NCBI GenBank assembly: GCA_965226795.1
Contig: CBDDDZ010000005.1
Coordinates: forward strand, 64,001 to 128,000
Direction: 5' to 3'
DNA length: 64,000 bases
Source: Candidatus Latescibacterota bacterium
Lineage (GTDB): Bacteria; Latescibacterota; UBA2968; GCA-2709665
This document shows, piece by piece, positions 41,450 through 52,200 of the stretch (position 1 is the first letter of the stretch; every line of letters starts with the position of its first letter). The notes beneath the pieces were generated by a model. It was not told the DNA's origin and ran no database searches. It saw nothing but the letters and a program-made list of their open reading frames with translations. The position numbers were made by a program, and so were the translations under genes.

Positions 41450-41677
41450 CTATTTCTGCAACGAAACGACCCGCTCATTGGCCAACGCCGCGGCATAGCA
41501 GATCGCCGTCTGCACGGCTTCGCGTGAAACCGACGGGTAACTCTTCGAAATTTCTTCGGGATCAAGACCAGACGCAAGATTATCCAAAACCGTGGTCACC
41601 AGGACTCGCGTACCGGCGATGCACGCCTTGCCATGGCATATTTCGGGATCCACTGTGATGTGATCGCGCCAATCCAT
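41450..41677 (-). CDS. DUF433 antitoxin
   Basis: ITVDPEICHGKACIAGTRV...EEI...YP. Confidence 0.93.
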   Translation of the reverse strand: MDWRDHITVDPEICHGKACIAGTRVLVTTVLDNLASGLDPEEISKSYPSVSREAVQTAICYAAALANERVVSLQK

Positions 41678-41957
41678 AGTGTTTGTCCCTATCGTGAGTC
41701 ACACGTGCTGGAAATCTCCGCACGCGAAATTTGTCGTGCCTCATGCGAAACCTACCAAAGGCATTATGATACCGAAGCAACGCTCTGGTGGGTGGGCTCG
41801 ACTATCGTTTTGGAATCCAGCGTCGATTCGTCAGAAATCCGTAACGTGCTTGCAGCGCAGTACGCTACGCATGCAGGCCGCCGCACCGCAGAGAGACCCA
41901 ACTTACCGGATGTCGCGGCGGACCGGCCACGCCTCTTTAGCCCAATTGCGAGTGAAC

Positions 41958-42012
41958 CCTGGAACGTTGGCATTCCGCCCACCCGTGCGGGCAAGATGCC
42001 CGCGCACCCAGG
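41958..42012. repeat. REP-like palindrome
   Basis: GCGGGCAAGATGCCCGCGCACCCAGG preceded by a degenerate inverted copy starting CCTGG. Confidence 0.5.
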
Positions 42013-42054
42013 CTCAAAACACGGCACGCCACACCGAATCACCAGCCGCCGCCC

Positions 42055-43353
42055 TTAATCCGCGGGGATCATTTCCGGCGCTTTTTGCGCGAAGGCCTCG
42101 ATAGGCGGGAGGTTGCGGTCGGGGCCGAGTTCGAGTTGGCGGGGGCCGACCAGGATGTCCAGGTTGTCCTGCATTTCGGCCATGTCCAGGTAGGCGGTTG
42201 AGGCTTCCACTTCACCCAGGTCCAGCGTGTTTTTGATCCACAGCACCCGGGCGTCCGACGCCTCGATGAGTCCGACGGATTCGAGTGCGATGTGCAGGAC
42301 TTCCTCGTCGGTGGGAAAATGCATGGGGATGGCCGCCGCCGGGGGGTGCTGTCCGGTAATGGCGTTGATGTTCGTCGCGTGGTAGTCTATTTTCTCGACG
42401 AGCCGGTCTGTGGTAAATTCGGCCATACCGATTCCCACGGCGTTGCCGTGGGTTTTTTCTGTGAGATCCCGGACGAAGAGCCGCAGGACGCGGGGGGTGT
42501 CTCCGTCCATCGCTCTGCGTTCGTTGCGTTTACGCCCCACCACGTTGGTATCGATGCCGGAGCCGCTGATGTCTTTACCCATCTCGTCGATTATCAGCAG
42601 GTCCACGTCGTCGAAGGGCAGTCGGGGACACCAGGCCTTGGCTTTGACCAAAAGGTCCTTTTCCGCGTTTTCGAAGTCCGGCGCGGGAACGGCGGCAACC
42701 TCCGCCGTTTCGTCATAGCCGTTTTCGAGCAGGGCGATGCCGAATGCTATCGGCATTTTTTCCCTGACTGTCTTCCCAACGACGCGAACGATCTTGTCGA
42801 AGGAATGGTGGATAATTGCCCGGTGATAGATGGTGGCGCCTTTGTGCTTGCCCAGGCCGATGAGCATCATTTTCATCAGGCCGCTTTCGATCTCGCCGAT
42901 GAAGCCGGTGTGGGGTTTGACGCGGTTGACAACGACCACATGGTCGGCTTCGGACGCGCATCTGTCGAAATAGACGGGCATGCCGAAATCGGTAACGTCG
43001 ATTTCAATAACGTCCATGGAGGATCTGATGGGGGCGCCGACCGCTTCTTCGGTAATTCCGTACCCCGCCAGAATCTCCGCCTGACCCTCCGCTGTGCCCC
43101 CGCCGTGGCTGCCCATCGCAGGAACAATAAAAGGTCTGGCGCCAAGCGCGACCATCTCTTCGACGAGCGTAGCGATGACCGTGTCCAGGTTGGCGATGCC
43201 CCGGGATCCCGCGGCGATCGCTACGGTGTGCCCGGGCCTGATGGTTTCGCCGGGGTTGAGATTCCGGATTTCGCGCCGCGTGGCGCCCGGAATATCGTCA
43301 ACGCGCGGCGCGTCGAAGCGCTGGCGAATCCGAAACATGTGGGGGTATTGCAT
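42055..43353 (-). CDS. Lactate-racemase (LarA/DUF2088)-like protein
   Basis: GSRGI, VPAMGSHGG, NRVKPHT, IGLGK, GKDISGSGIDTNV. Confidence 0.8.
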   Translation of the reverse strand: MQYPHMFRIRQRFDAPRVDDIPGATRREIRNLNPGETIRPGHTVAIAAGSRGIANLDTVIATLVEEMVALGARPFIVPAMGSHGGGTAEGQAEILAGYGITEEAVGAPIRSSMDVIEIDVTDFGMPVYFDRCASEADHVVVVNRVKPHTGFIGEIESGLMKMMLIGLGKHKGATIYHRAIIHHSFDKIVRVVGKTVREKMPIAFGIALLENGYDETAEVAAVPAPDFENAEKDLLVKAKAWCPRLPFDDVDLLIIDEMGKDISGSGIDTNVVGRKRNERRAMDGDTPRVLRLFVRDLTEKTHGNAVGIGMAEFTTDRLVEKIDYHATNINAITGQHPPAAAIPMHFPTDEEVLHIALESVGLIEASDARVLWIKNTLDLGEVEASTAYLDMAEMQDNLDILVGPRQLELGPDRNLPPIEAFAQKAPEMIPAD

Positions 43354-43440
43354 AGGAGGCCTCCGGAGTTATAAAACGCAAGTCGGGAATTGGGTCTCGC
43401 ATAAAGGGCGGTACCGCTGGCGATCGGATGCGATGGAAAT

Positions 43441-44598
43441 TCACATGGCGGCTTCGTACAGCGCAATGATGTCCTTGAGTGTGGTATGACGCGGGTTGAT
43501 CTGGATATTTCCGCTTTTCATCGCATCTTCCGCCAGGACGGAAAGACCTTCGGGTTCGACGCCGACTTCGGTAAGGGTATCGGGTATGCCGATTTCCGCC
43601 GACATCAATTTCACGGCTTCCACGGCAACGTCGGCGGCTTCAACGGACGACAGGCCTTCGATGTTCTCATCCATTGCAACGGCGATATCGGCGAATCGTT
43701 CCGGACACGCGACTTTGTTGTAGTCCATTACCCGTGTGAGGAGGATGGCGTTGGCGACGCCGTGAGGGACCCCGTAGTGGCCGCCCACGGCATGGGACAT
43801 GGCGTGTACGTTGCCAAGGCGCGTCTGCGAGAAGGCGATGCCCGCCATATTGCTGGCGAGCAACATCTGCTCGGTGGCCCTGTAATTGTGGTGGCTTGCC
43901 GCGGCCTGCCTCAGGTTCCGCACGATAAGCCGGATGGCGTGCAGCGCCAGGCCGTCGGATATGGGGTTGGAGGCAAGGGCTACGTAGGATTCCACCGCAT
44001 GGGTGAGCGCGTCCATCCCGGTGGCGGCGGCGATGGGCATGGGCAGGGCGACGGCCGCATTGGCATCGAGGATGCCGACGTCGGGAATCACGTGCGGGCC
44101 AGCCACAGACACTTTGAAGTGGTTGTTGTCCGTGACGACGGCGAACGGGGTGACTTCGCTGGCGGTGCCGTAGGTGGTGGGAACGCACAGCAGGTAGGGC
44201 ACCCGTTTCCGGTTTCGAAGCAGGCCGAAGTGGTCTTCGATCCTTCCCCCGTTGGCAGCCAGCACCCCCGCGCACTTAGCGGTGTCCATTGAGGAACCGC
44301 CGCCGATGGCCAGCAACCAGTCGCAGCCTTCTGCCTCGTACAGATCGAAACAGGACTGAACAACGCGGACCGGAGGATTTTCTTCCACACCGTCGTAAAC
44401 CACAAAAGGGATGCCGGCAGACTCCAGGACATCGGTGGTCTGCTGCGCTACGCCGGCTTTGACCAGGCCCTTGTCGGTAACGACGAGGGCCTTTCTCTCG
44501 GGGCGTTCGGAAAGAAGCTGCGGGATTTCGGCGACGCTTCCGCGGCCGACAATAAGGCGGGTGGGAGAATGGAAGGTGAAGCTGTTCTGATCCGTCAC
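43441..44598 (-). CDS. Iron-containing alcohol dehydrogenase
   Basis: IGGGSSMDTAK, PTTYGTASE, GMDALTHAVE, HAMSH, HGVANA. Confidence 0.95.
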   Translation of the reverse strand: MTDQNSFTFHSPTRLIVGRGSVAEIPQLLSERPERKALVVTDKGLVKAGVAQQTTDVLESAGIPFVVYDGVEENPPVRVVQSCFDLYEAEGCDWLLAIGGGSSMDTAKCAGVLAANGGRIEDHFGLLRNRKRVPYLLCVPTTYGTASEVTPFAVVTDNNHFKVSVAGPHVIPDVGILDANAAVALPMPIAAATGMDALTHAVESYVALASNPISDGLALHAIRLIVRNLRQAAASHHNYRATEQMLLASNMAGIAFSQTRLGNVHAMSHAVGGHYGVPHGVANAILLTRVMDYNKVACPERFADIAVAMDENIEGLSSVEAADVAVEAVKLMSAEIGIPDTLTEVGVEPEGLSVLAEDAMKSGNIQINPRHTTLKDIIALYEAAM

Positions 44599-44718
44599 GA
44601 TACGCGCTCCTGAAATGACGTTAAGTGCCGGGGATATCGATCCACAATTTAGGCGCTACTTTAAACGCGCACAAGGAGATTCGGAGATCAGTCGTCCACG
44701 CGACATCAGGGGAGCCGT

Positions 44719-45732
44719 TCAGAAAACTTTGCCGATTTCATCCCGGTCGAACTCCGGGAGGTCGTTCCAGCGGTCGTGTACGCGGAGCTTGATTCCGAAT
44801 TCGGGTGATTCCACGCGGCCGATGATCTCGCAGGGGATGCCCGCGGTTCGGATGGCATTGCGAACCCGCTCGGTGTCTGCCGGCGCCAGGCCGATCAGCA
44901 GCGCGCCGGAGGAGATGACGCCGAGCGGATCGAGTTGGAAGGCGTCGCAGAGGAGTCGTGTTTCGTCCGAGGCGAAAAGCGCCTCCGCATCTACGGAAAG
45001 CCCGCAGTTTGAAGCCACGGCGAGTTCCCGCAGCGCAGTGGCGACACCGCCTTCGGTGGGGTCGTGCATCGCGTGTACCGAAGCGGTTTCGCAGGCGATG
45101 CGAGCCTCTTTAAGAATACTGATTCCCGGGTCGCGAAGGTATCCGCGTGCCTTCTCGAGCAGGTCGGGATCGAATCCCCGGACGCGCAGTTCTGCTTCTT
45201 TCTCCCTGGCCAGGATGGCGGTGGCTTCGACCCCCAACCCCTTGGACAGCAGAATGCTGTCGCCTGCTTGCAGTCCACTCGACCGAACAAGGTCTTTGCG
45301 CGAGACTTCGCCCAGCATCTGACCAACGACAATCGGTCGGTCCAGACCTGCGGTGATTTCGGTATGGCCGCCGCAGAGAGTAACGCCGATCTCACGTGTT
45401 GCGCGGCGGAGCGAGTCGAAGATGGTTCGAACAAGCGTTTCGTGCGTCTGGCTCTCGGGCAGCAGCAGCGTGGCCAGGAACCAGCGGGGAACGGCGCCCA
45501 TTGTGGCGACGTCGTTGGCGTTGACGTGGACCGCGTAGTGGCCGATTTCGTCCGTCGCGAAGGTTATCGGGTCCGTCTTGACCACCAGGCAGGTCTTGCC
45601 GAAGTCGATGACGGCGGCGTCCTCGCCCACCTCCGGACCCACCAGAACGCGTTCGTCCTCTGCTGTGCAATCGCGCAGCAGGCCGGAGAGCATATCCAGC
45701 GGGAGTTTGCCCGGTGGCAGGAAGGTACACAT
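44719..45732 (-). CDS. AIR synthase / HypE-related protein
   Basis: GEDAAV, KTDPIT, NANDVA, GGHTE, MHDPTEGG. Confidence 0.88.
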   Translation of the reverse strand: MCTFLPPGKLPLDMLSGLLRDCTAEDERVLVGPEVGEDAAVIDFGKTCLVVKTDPITFATDEIGHYAVHVNANDVATMGAVPRWFLATLLLPESQTHETLVRTIFDSLRRATREIGVTLCGGHTEITAGLDRPIVVGQMLGEVSRKDLVRSSGLQAGDSILLSKGLGVEATAILAREKEAELRVRGFDPDLLEKARGYLRDPGISILKEARIACETASVHAMHDPTEGGVATALRELAVASNCGLSVDAEALFASDETRLLCDAFQLDPLGVISSGALLIGLAPADTERVRNAIRTAGIPCEIIGRVESPEFGIKLRVHDRWNDLPEFDRDEIGKVF

Positions 45733-45886
45733 ATTCGTGAGTTGATTTGCGATGCAAGGGAACAGGGGGCTCACTGCCCCTGGAATTTACGATAGCCCAA
45801 TTCCAGGGGGTTGTCAACCATTTTGCGCGCTCATTTCGCGATCCTCCCCGGCCGGGCGGCAGACACGCCCAACGGATTTTTCTTCA

Positions 45887-46981
45887 TTATGAGCCCGTCG
45901 CCCCTTTGCGGGTGGGGCGGGGTCGACGTTCGAAAAAGGACCGGAGTTCCGTCGTGCGGGGATCGGCGCTGAGGGGCGTTGCGAGGATTTGTCGAAGTTG
46001 CTCCAGGCGCGCCTCCGGGTTCCGCCAGCTATTCAGCAGCGGATGATGGGGATCCGGCAGGGCCTGGAGGAGAGATTGCGCGGCCAGGAGGTGGAATATA
46101 AAGTGGTGGCCGTCCAGCAGGGCAGAGATATCCGTCCCTGACTCAGCACGGTATTCCGACGCCAGGGCGGCATAACTTGCGGTCAGAGCAGGTGTCAACG
46201 CGCTGTACGTCCGGCCGTCCGGCCGTCCGGCGCCGTGCGAGGTTGTGTACTGGGTCAGCCGACGTTCGGGCCAATCCCAGCCGATCTTTGAGAATTCGAT
46301 GAAACGGAGGGATTGCGTGACCGGGTTGATGACGATGTTGCGGGCCTGGTAGTCGATCGGACCGGGCAGCGGTGCCGCCCGTTCGAGGAATCGGAGAAGC
46401 TCGGTGAGCGCATTGCAGATTGTGGTGGAGCGCTTGCGGATCGCGGCCCTCGACAGCTTTTCAGTGAGACGCGGCAGGGCCCCGACAAGAGGTCGGGTGG
46501 TTCGTCGCCAGGTCCGCCGCAGATCCTGCGGGTAGCAGCCCGGAAAGGTTCGAGGGGCGAAAACGTCGTCCTGTACGTGAAAGACGGATTGAATTCGGGA
46601 AAAACCCTCCACGGCGAGACTGCAGTAGACTTCCGCGACGCCATCCTGACAGACGTCGTCGAGCGTGTGGTCGCCGCACCATTCAAAAAAGACCAGGTCG
46701 TGGTCATTATCGGCGGCATAAAGCCTGGGGAGGGGTCCGTCGGACAGGCGCGCGTGGACGAGCTGTTCAACGGCCAGCAGGTCGTGGGGTTTGCCGCGTG
46801 CCAGGGGAGCGAATACGTGGTGTTTGGCGACGAGGAGTGAGCCGTTCGCGAGCGTCACTTGCCAGACGTTCGGGTGGCGGGGAATGGACCGGATCTCCGT
46901 CACCGAGAACGCACCGGGAACGGTGGCGGGAGCGATACGCCGGACGGCCGCGATCGTCGAATCGTTGGAAGGAACACGCAT
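45887..46981 (-). CDS. Aminoglycoside-phosphotransferase / kinase-like protein
   Basis: LVAK, PRLYAAD, FEWCG, DYQARNI, FIEF (kinase subdomain-like, with EF in place of DF). Confidence 0.6.
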   Translation of the reverse strand: MRVPSNDSTIAAVRRIAPATVPGAFSVTEIRSIPRHPNVWQVTLANGSLLVAKHHVFAPLARGKPHDLLAVEQLVHARLSDGPLPRLYAADNDHDLVFFEWCGDHTLDDVCQDGVAEVYCSLAVEGFSRIQSVFHVQDDVFAPRTFPGCYPQDLRRTWRRTTRPLVGALPRLTEKLSRAAIRKRSTTICNALTELLRFLERAAPLPGPIDYQARNIVINPVTQSLRFIEFSKIGWDWPERRLTQYTTSHGAGRPDGRTYSALTPALTASYAALASEYRAESGTDISALLDGHHFIFHLLAAQSLLQALPDPHHPLLNSWRNPEARLEQLRQILATPLSADPRTTELRSFFERRPRPTRKGATGS

Positions 46982-46998
46982 GGAACGTTGAGGACGCC

Positions 46999-48270
46999 TT
47001 ACTTCTGCCGGGTCTTCCTCTTTCGCAGGGTGAGAAATTCCGGTGCTTCTCGAACACAGGAAACGAGGATGCCAAGGGAACGCCTGAAGGCGGCGAACCC
47101 GGTGCGGCGGATCTCGGCGGCGGTATCTCCCACGCTCTCAAATCCGTCTTCCGAGGGGGCCAGGCCCTCCCAGTTTCCGAAGAGCCGGCCCCATTCGCTT
47201 TCGAGAACTTCCCGCATCCGTTTCCTGGCGAAAAACGGATACCAGAAGCTGTCGTGGTAGAGAACGCTGGCGAGATAGGACCAGGGCGCCAGGAAGGTCT
47301 TGAGAGACCACTCGACGGGCTTTTTGAGAGGCCCCCAGTAGATTTTATGCTGCATTCGGGAGGCAAAGGTCATTTTGCGGAATGGACCTTCGAATTGCCA
47401 GTTTTCTTCGGCCGCAGCCGTATCCCCCACAATCTGAATCCGGCGCGGGTCGCCACAACCCAGGCCTCGTTCGTGGGCAAGGCGGATGTATTTGATGGAA
47501 AGCGGATCCATTCCCATCATTTTAGCGGCCACCGCATCGATGGCCACCTGGTCTGCGCCAGCGAGAATAACGTTTTTAACAAAGGGAATCATGCACCGCG
47601 GGCCGGGTCCGTCTCCGGCAAAGGTGCCGTCCATCACGGCAAATACACCGGGATGGATTTTTTTCTGGATCATCAACAGGTCCACAAGGGTCTCGTGGAT
47701 GACCGGATGGGTCCAGTGACGCCGTTCGTTGAGGAGACCGCCGAAGGCGTTTTTCATGGCCCCGGTTGTCGTGGTAAATACGTGGGTCTTTACCGTGGGC
47801 AGATGGACGATGTTCTCCCCGATCAGGCGTCGGGGAATGTGAAAGCCCTCCGGGTAGACCTGGTTCAGGCACAGGAACTCGTCTGCGAGATCGCCCACCG
47901 CATCCCGGATGTGGATCCATTCCTCGCCTTCGTAGAGGTGGATATTCCGCAGGCCGTGGGTGTTTACCACGTGGACCTGTTTGTTCTCGCGCTCGCCCAG
48001 GCGGGCATCGATGACGACCGTGCGGTTGTGGCAGGCATGGATCAGGTCCTTGCGATAACCGTCCTTTGCCATGGCCCGGATCACGCCTTCGAGTTGCCAT
48101 GGGGTCGTGGAACTACCGGGGTAAAAGAAATGCCAGGAGATATTGACCTTAAGCGCGGTGTCGAGCCCCTTGTCCAGGACGTCCTGGTACCCCGCCAGGT
48201 TCATGAGCCTGTGATAGTCTCTCAGGACGGTTCCAGGTCTGGTTTTTAAGACGGCAACCCGGCTCTGCAT
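46999..48270 (-). CDS. DUF362 domain protein
   Basis: LKVN, TTPWQLEG, LPTVKTH, TGAMKNAFG, DQVAIDA. Confidence 0.88.
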   Translation of the reverse strand: MQSRVAVLKTRPGTVLRDYHRLMNLAGYQDVLDKGLDTALKVNISWHFFYPGSSTTPWQLEGVIRAMAKDGYRKDLIHACHNRTVVIDARLGERENKQVHVVNTHGLRNIHLYEGEEWIHIRDAVGDLADEFLCLNQVYPEGFHIPRRLIGENIVHLPTVKTHVFTTTTGAMKNAFGGLLNERRHWTHPVIHETLVDLLMIQKKIHPGVFAVMDGTFAGDGPGPRCMIPFVKNVILAGADQVAIDAVAAKMMGMDPLSIKYIRLAHERGLGCGDPRRIQIVGDTAAAEENWQFEGPFRKMTFASRMQHKIYWGPLKKPVEWSLKTFLAPWSYLASVLYHDSFWYPFFARKRMREVLESEWGRLFGNWEGLAPSEDGFESVGDTAAEIRRTGFAAFRRSLGILVSCVREAPEFLTLRKRKTRQK

Positions 48271-48332
48271 ATCGAGTATTCTCCGGTGGTGGCGGGGAGG
48301 CGGTAAGGCAGGTAAAGGTCGAACGGCCCCCG

Positions 48333-49202
48333 TTACTTGAAATAAAGCAGGGCGATAACGGCGAGAAACCAGAGGCCGCCGTTGATGAGCAGCGATGGAT
48401 CACCCATAATGGTGGAGGATGGATTGCCGCCCTGGTTCTTGGCGTAGACCAGATAGAGGTAACGTAGAAGCCCGTAAATCACGAAGGGTATGGTGAGGTT
48501 GAGATGCGGTGTTCCGAGTTTCTGTGCGACGTCGGGCGACATGGTGTACAGCGCGTATGAAACGAGAGCGCCGGCGGTGACGACGGCGATCATCTGATCC
48601 AGAAACTGCGGCGTGTATTCATCCAGAATCCGTCGATGGCCGGCAGCACCGGATTCGAGGAGGATCAATTCCTGCCGGCGTTTGACAAACCCCATAAAAA
48701 GCGCCAGCAATACCGTGCATAGAATGAGCCACGAGGAGATTTCCACGTGGATGACGAGGGCACCGGCAATGGCCCGCAACAGGTATCCGGAGGCGATGAT
48801 CATCACGTCCAGGATGACGACATGTTTGAGAAAGAGTGAATAGGCGACGTTCATCAGCCCATAAGCCAGCAGAATACACCCGAAGGGGATACTCAGCAGA
48901 AAGGCCAGCGGGAAGATCGAAAGCGCGATAACGATGGAAGCAGTCCCCGCGGCGCCGGGGCTCAGCCGACCCGCGGCAACCGGCCGGTTGCGCTTTTCGG
49001 GATGCCGACGATCGGATTCGATGTCTCGAATGTCGTTCAGAAGGTAAACGGAGCTCGAGATAAGACAGAAGAGAAGGAATGCGCCGCCGCTACGCAAGAG
49101 GTAGCGTCCGTCGAGCAGGTGTTCCGAAAAGACCAGCGGTGCCAGCACGAACACGCTCTTTATCCACTGGTGCGGCCGCAGGGATTGTATGAGTGGACGC
49201 AT
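48333..49202 (-). CDS. UbiA family polyprenyl-phosphate phosphoribosyltransferase-like protein
   Basis: RPHQWIK, YLLNDIRDIESDRRHPEKRNRPVAAG, KRRQE; multiple TM segments. Confidence 0.9.
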   Translation of the reverse strand: MRPLIQSLRPHQWIKSVFVLAPLVFSEHLLDGRYLLRSGGAFLLFCLISSSVYLLNDIRDIESDRRHPEKRNRPVAAGRLSPGAAGTASIVIALSIFPLAFLLSIPFGCILLAYGLMNVAYSLFLKHVVILDVMIIASGYLLRAIAGALVIHVEISSWLILCTVLLALFMGFVKRRQELILLESGAAGHRRILDEYTPQFLDQMIAVVTAGALVSYALYTMSPDVAQKLGTPHLNLTIPFVIYGLLRYLYLVYAKNQGGNPSSTIMGDPSLLINGGLWFLAVIALLYFK

Positions 49203-49282
49203 ATGGGTGGGGGCTCAGATGTCGGAATGCAGGGATTGAAGCCCGGGCGAACGCACCCCGGACTTCGATCCAGCCACAAATG

Positions 49283-52200
49283 TCAGATTGTCAACCCGAA
49301 GTAGATGCGGCTTTTGTCTATGTCGACGCCCTGAATGCGGTGGCGGGTGGGAAAGGCAATCTGGAAATAGCCGTACATGGGAAGTCTGTAGTTGTTGAAC
49401 ACCTGCATACGGAGTTCGAAGCCCCAGTCGGTCAGGAAGGCGGAGCGTTTGAACCTGTCGTCGGAATCGAGAAGCGCGCGCAGGCTTTCGAAATTGCCGG
49501 TGGCGCCGGTTTCCACGAAGACCGTGCCGTAGATTTTATCGAAATGGAAGGGCGGCAGTTCTTTCGCCGCATTCTTGAATATCGGGAAAGTCAGGCTGGC
49601 CCTCGCAAGCAGGGCTTTGCCACCAGAACTCGAAAAATAAGGATAGCCTCTGAGGGTGCCAATGCCTCCCAGATAGTACCGTAGGGGATAGTAGAATACG
49701 CCTTCCGCGGACGTGGTGTTCTCCTGGACGTCCTTTATGGGTTTGTCCTTGTACGCGACGAATGCCTGCAGGGCGAGGGTAGAACGGCCGGGCAGGCCGA
49801 TGAATTCATTCCACGACACGATGTACTCGTTGATACCCAGCTTGGTCTGATCGGACCGGAAAGTCGGGGCGGCAACGCCGTCCGGATTTAACTGGGTCTC
49901 GAAGAGCGAGTCGGCAACGGTGGCGTTGATGCGCCTGTATCTCAACGTGATCGCCCTGCCCCGGGACGGGTTCACGAACGTATCTTTTGCGGGCAGGAAA
50001 TTGAGGTATCGCCATCCGACGGCGAGGTCGTTGCTCTTGAAAAAGCTGAGATCCCGGTAGAGGAAATCGTCGAATACAACCTCATCTTCGCCCAGGCCGG
50101 GAATCTGGTCGGTTATGTCGGTTATCTCGCCGTTCCTGTTCTGAACCAGCCGCGTGCTGTCCAGTATGACCTGTTCGATGTGGGTGCTCTCCTGGTACCG
50201 GCGATGTCCGTAGGACAGGGAGAGCACCTGTCGCCGTCCCACGCTCGTCTCGACGCCGACCACGAAATCTTTAAACAGGTTCTTGTACCTGTCTTCCTCG
50301 GTGAGCGAGAGGTTGGTGAAATTGGTGACCCCCGGCACCAACCGGAGTGTGTCGTCGATCACGATCTGCAACGTCCCCGAGGTCGTGTCCCGACGGGAGT
50401 TCACGATTCCCCGATCGATCAGGCTGTTGATGGTCTGTTGGCTGGCGCCGATGTAAATCCTCGGGGCGTATGTCCGGTCTTCGGTGTGAACGGCGGGCAG
50501 GCCTTTTGTATAGAACGCGGAAAAATTGGAGTTGAGATCCACGCCTTTCTTCAGGTTCTTGCCGACGGTGAAGCCGGCGTAGATATTGTCGCTGCCCAGG
50601 AGGTCTCCCCATGCGGCTTCGGCGCCCGCGCTGAGCTGATCGAGGCCAAACCGATTGCCGATAAAGGTCGGTCCCAGAACGACTATGGGCACGACGCCGA
50701 TGGAGGTCAGACGAGGGGTGTACCGGCCGGTATTGAACAGGTCGCCGATTTTTTTGCCTTTATATATGCTGCTATAGTCCCGCGTCAGGGAATCGGCCGG
50801 CGCAGCCGCCACGGCGTCGGACTTCCGGATGCTGTAGATGTTGTAATTTGCGGCTTGGTACCCGGAATACAGGATTTCGTCGCCCCGGGGTGAAACCGAG
50901 GGCGAGAAGGCGCCGCCGATGACATTCGTGAGTTGCTCCTGCCTGCCGGTTGCGAGGTCAAACGCGTAGACATTGAAGATTCCTGTCCGGTCGGACGCGT
51001 ACAGAATACCGCCGCCGCCGGGAAGCCATACCGGGTCCCGTTCATCGGCGGTGGTGTTGATAATCACCTCGAAGCCAGCGTTGTTGGCGAAGGCCAGGCT
51101 GTCGGGGAAGGCGACCATGCTGTCTCGCAGGGCGGCTTCCGCCAGGGCGAGGCTGTCCGCCTCCGCCTGGGCGCTGTCGACCTCGGTTTCGGCCTTCTTC
51201 CGGGCAGCGATGCGCTCTGCCAACTCGATTTTTTCGGTCTTCTTCTTATCGGTTTTCTTGGGGCGTGGCGTGGCGTCCGCATTGATGACGGCAATGTCCC
51301 GGTCTTCCCCGCGGAAGATGCTGAAAAGAAGTCTGCTGGCGTCTTCCGACCACCGGGGCGTGTAATATTGCGTGCCGTTGTTGTTGTTGGTCAGATAGCG
51401 AACCTCTGTGCCGTCGATGTTCAGGATACCCAGGTTGGAGGTCCCGTCCCGATTGCCCACGAAGGCGATCTTCGTGCCGTCGGGAGACACCGCGGGGTCT
51501 CTTCCTCTCAGGCCGACGGTGAGCCGCCGTTCCTTTCGCGCGATGAGATCGTAGACAAAGATGTCCCAGTTTCCCCCTACGGATTTGCTATATACCAGGC
51601 TGTTTCCGTCGGGTGTCCAGGAGAAGGGCAGGTTGACGTATTTCCCGTATTTCCGGCTTCTGGCCACCTTCGTCAATTTTCGCGTGGTCAGATCCATCAC
51701 CAGCATTTCCATGATGGCGTAATCGCTGCCCTCATTGCTGATGAAGGCCATTTTCGTGCCGTCGGGTGAGAAGGTGGGGAAATGTTCCACGTCGCCCCGG
51801 TCTGTGAGCAGTTCGCCCTCGCGCTGTCCGGACGCGCGGATGGAATCGGCCATGGCGCCGTATCTGCGATCGAGATGCTCGGTCCATTCGTCGTAAAGCC
51901 TGGGAGCGGAAATGCCCGTGCTCTTCTTGACGGCGGATTTGAAGTTGACAATGGGCCGATCCCGGGACATGGCGCGTACCGAGTCCGGACCGTAGGTTTC
52001 GGCCAGATAGTTCAGGAAGGCATAACCCTGGTTGTAGACCTGTTCCGACTTGAAGCCGTCTTTCCCGAACACGCCCATGTCCGTATAGGAAAGCAGGTCG
52101 TTTTCGAGCGTGGCCATCCGAAGGATCATATCCCGGTGGGTATCCCAGCGGTCGTCTCCGTACTTTCCGGCTTCAAACTGGGCGATGCCTTCGGCGAACC

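Noticed and set aside
44719..45732. Hydrogenase or Lar nickel-cofactor maturation cluster (HypE-like near LarA-like)
   Set aside because: No other hyp or larBCE genes in the window; the AIR-synthase-like family is broad.
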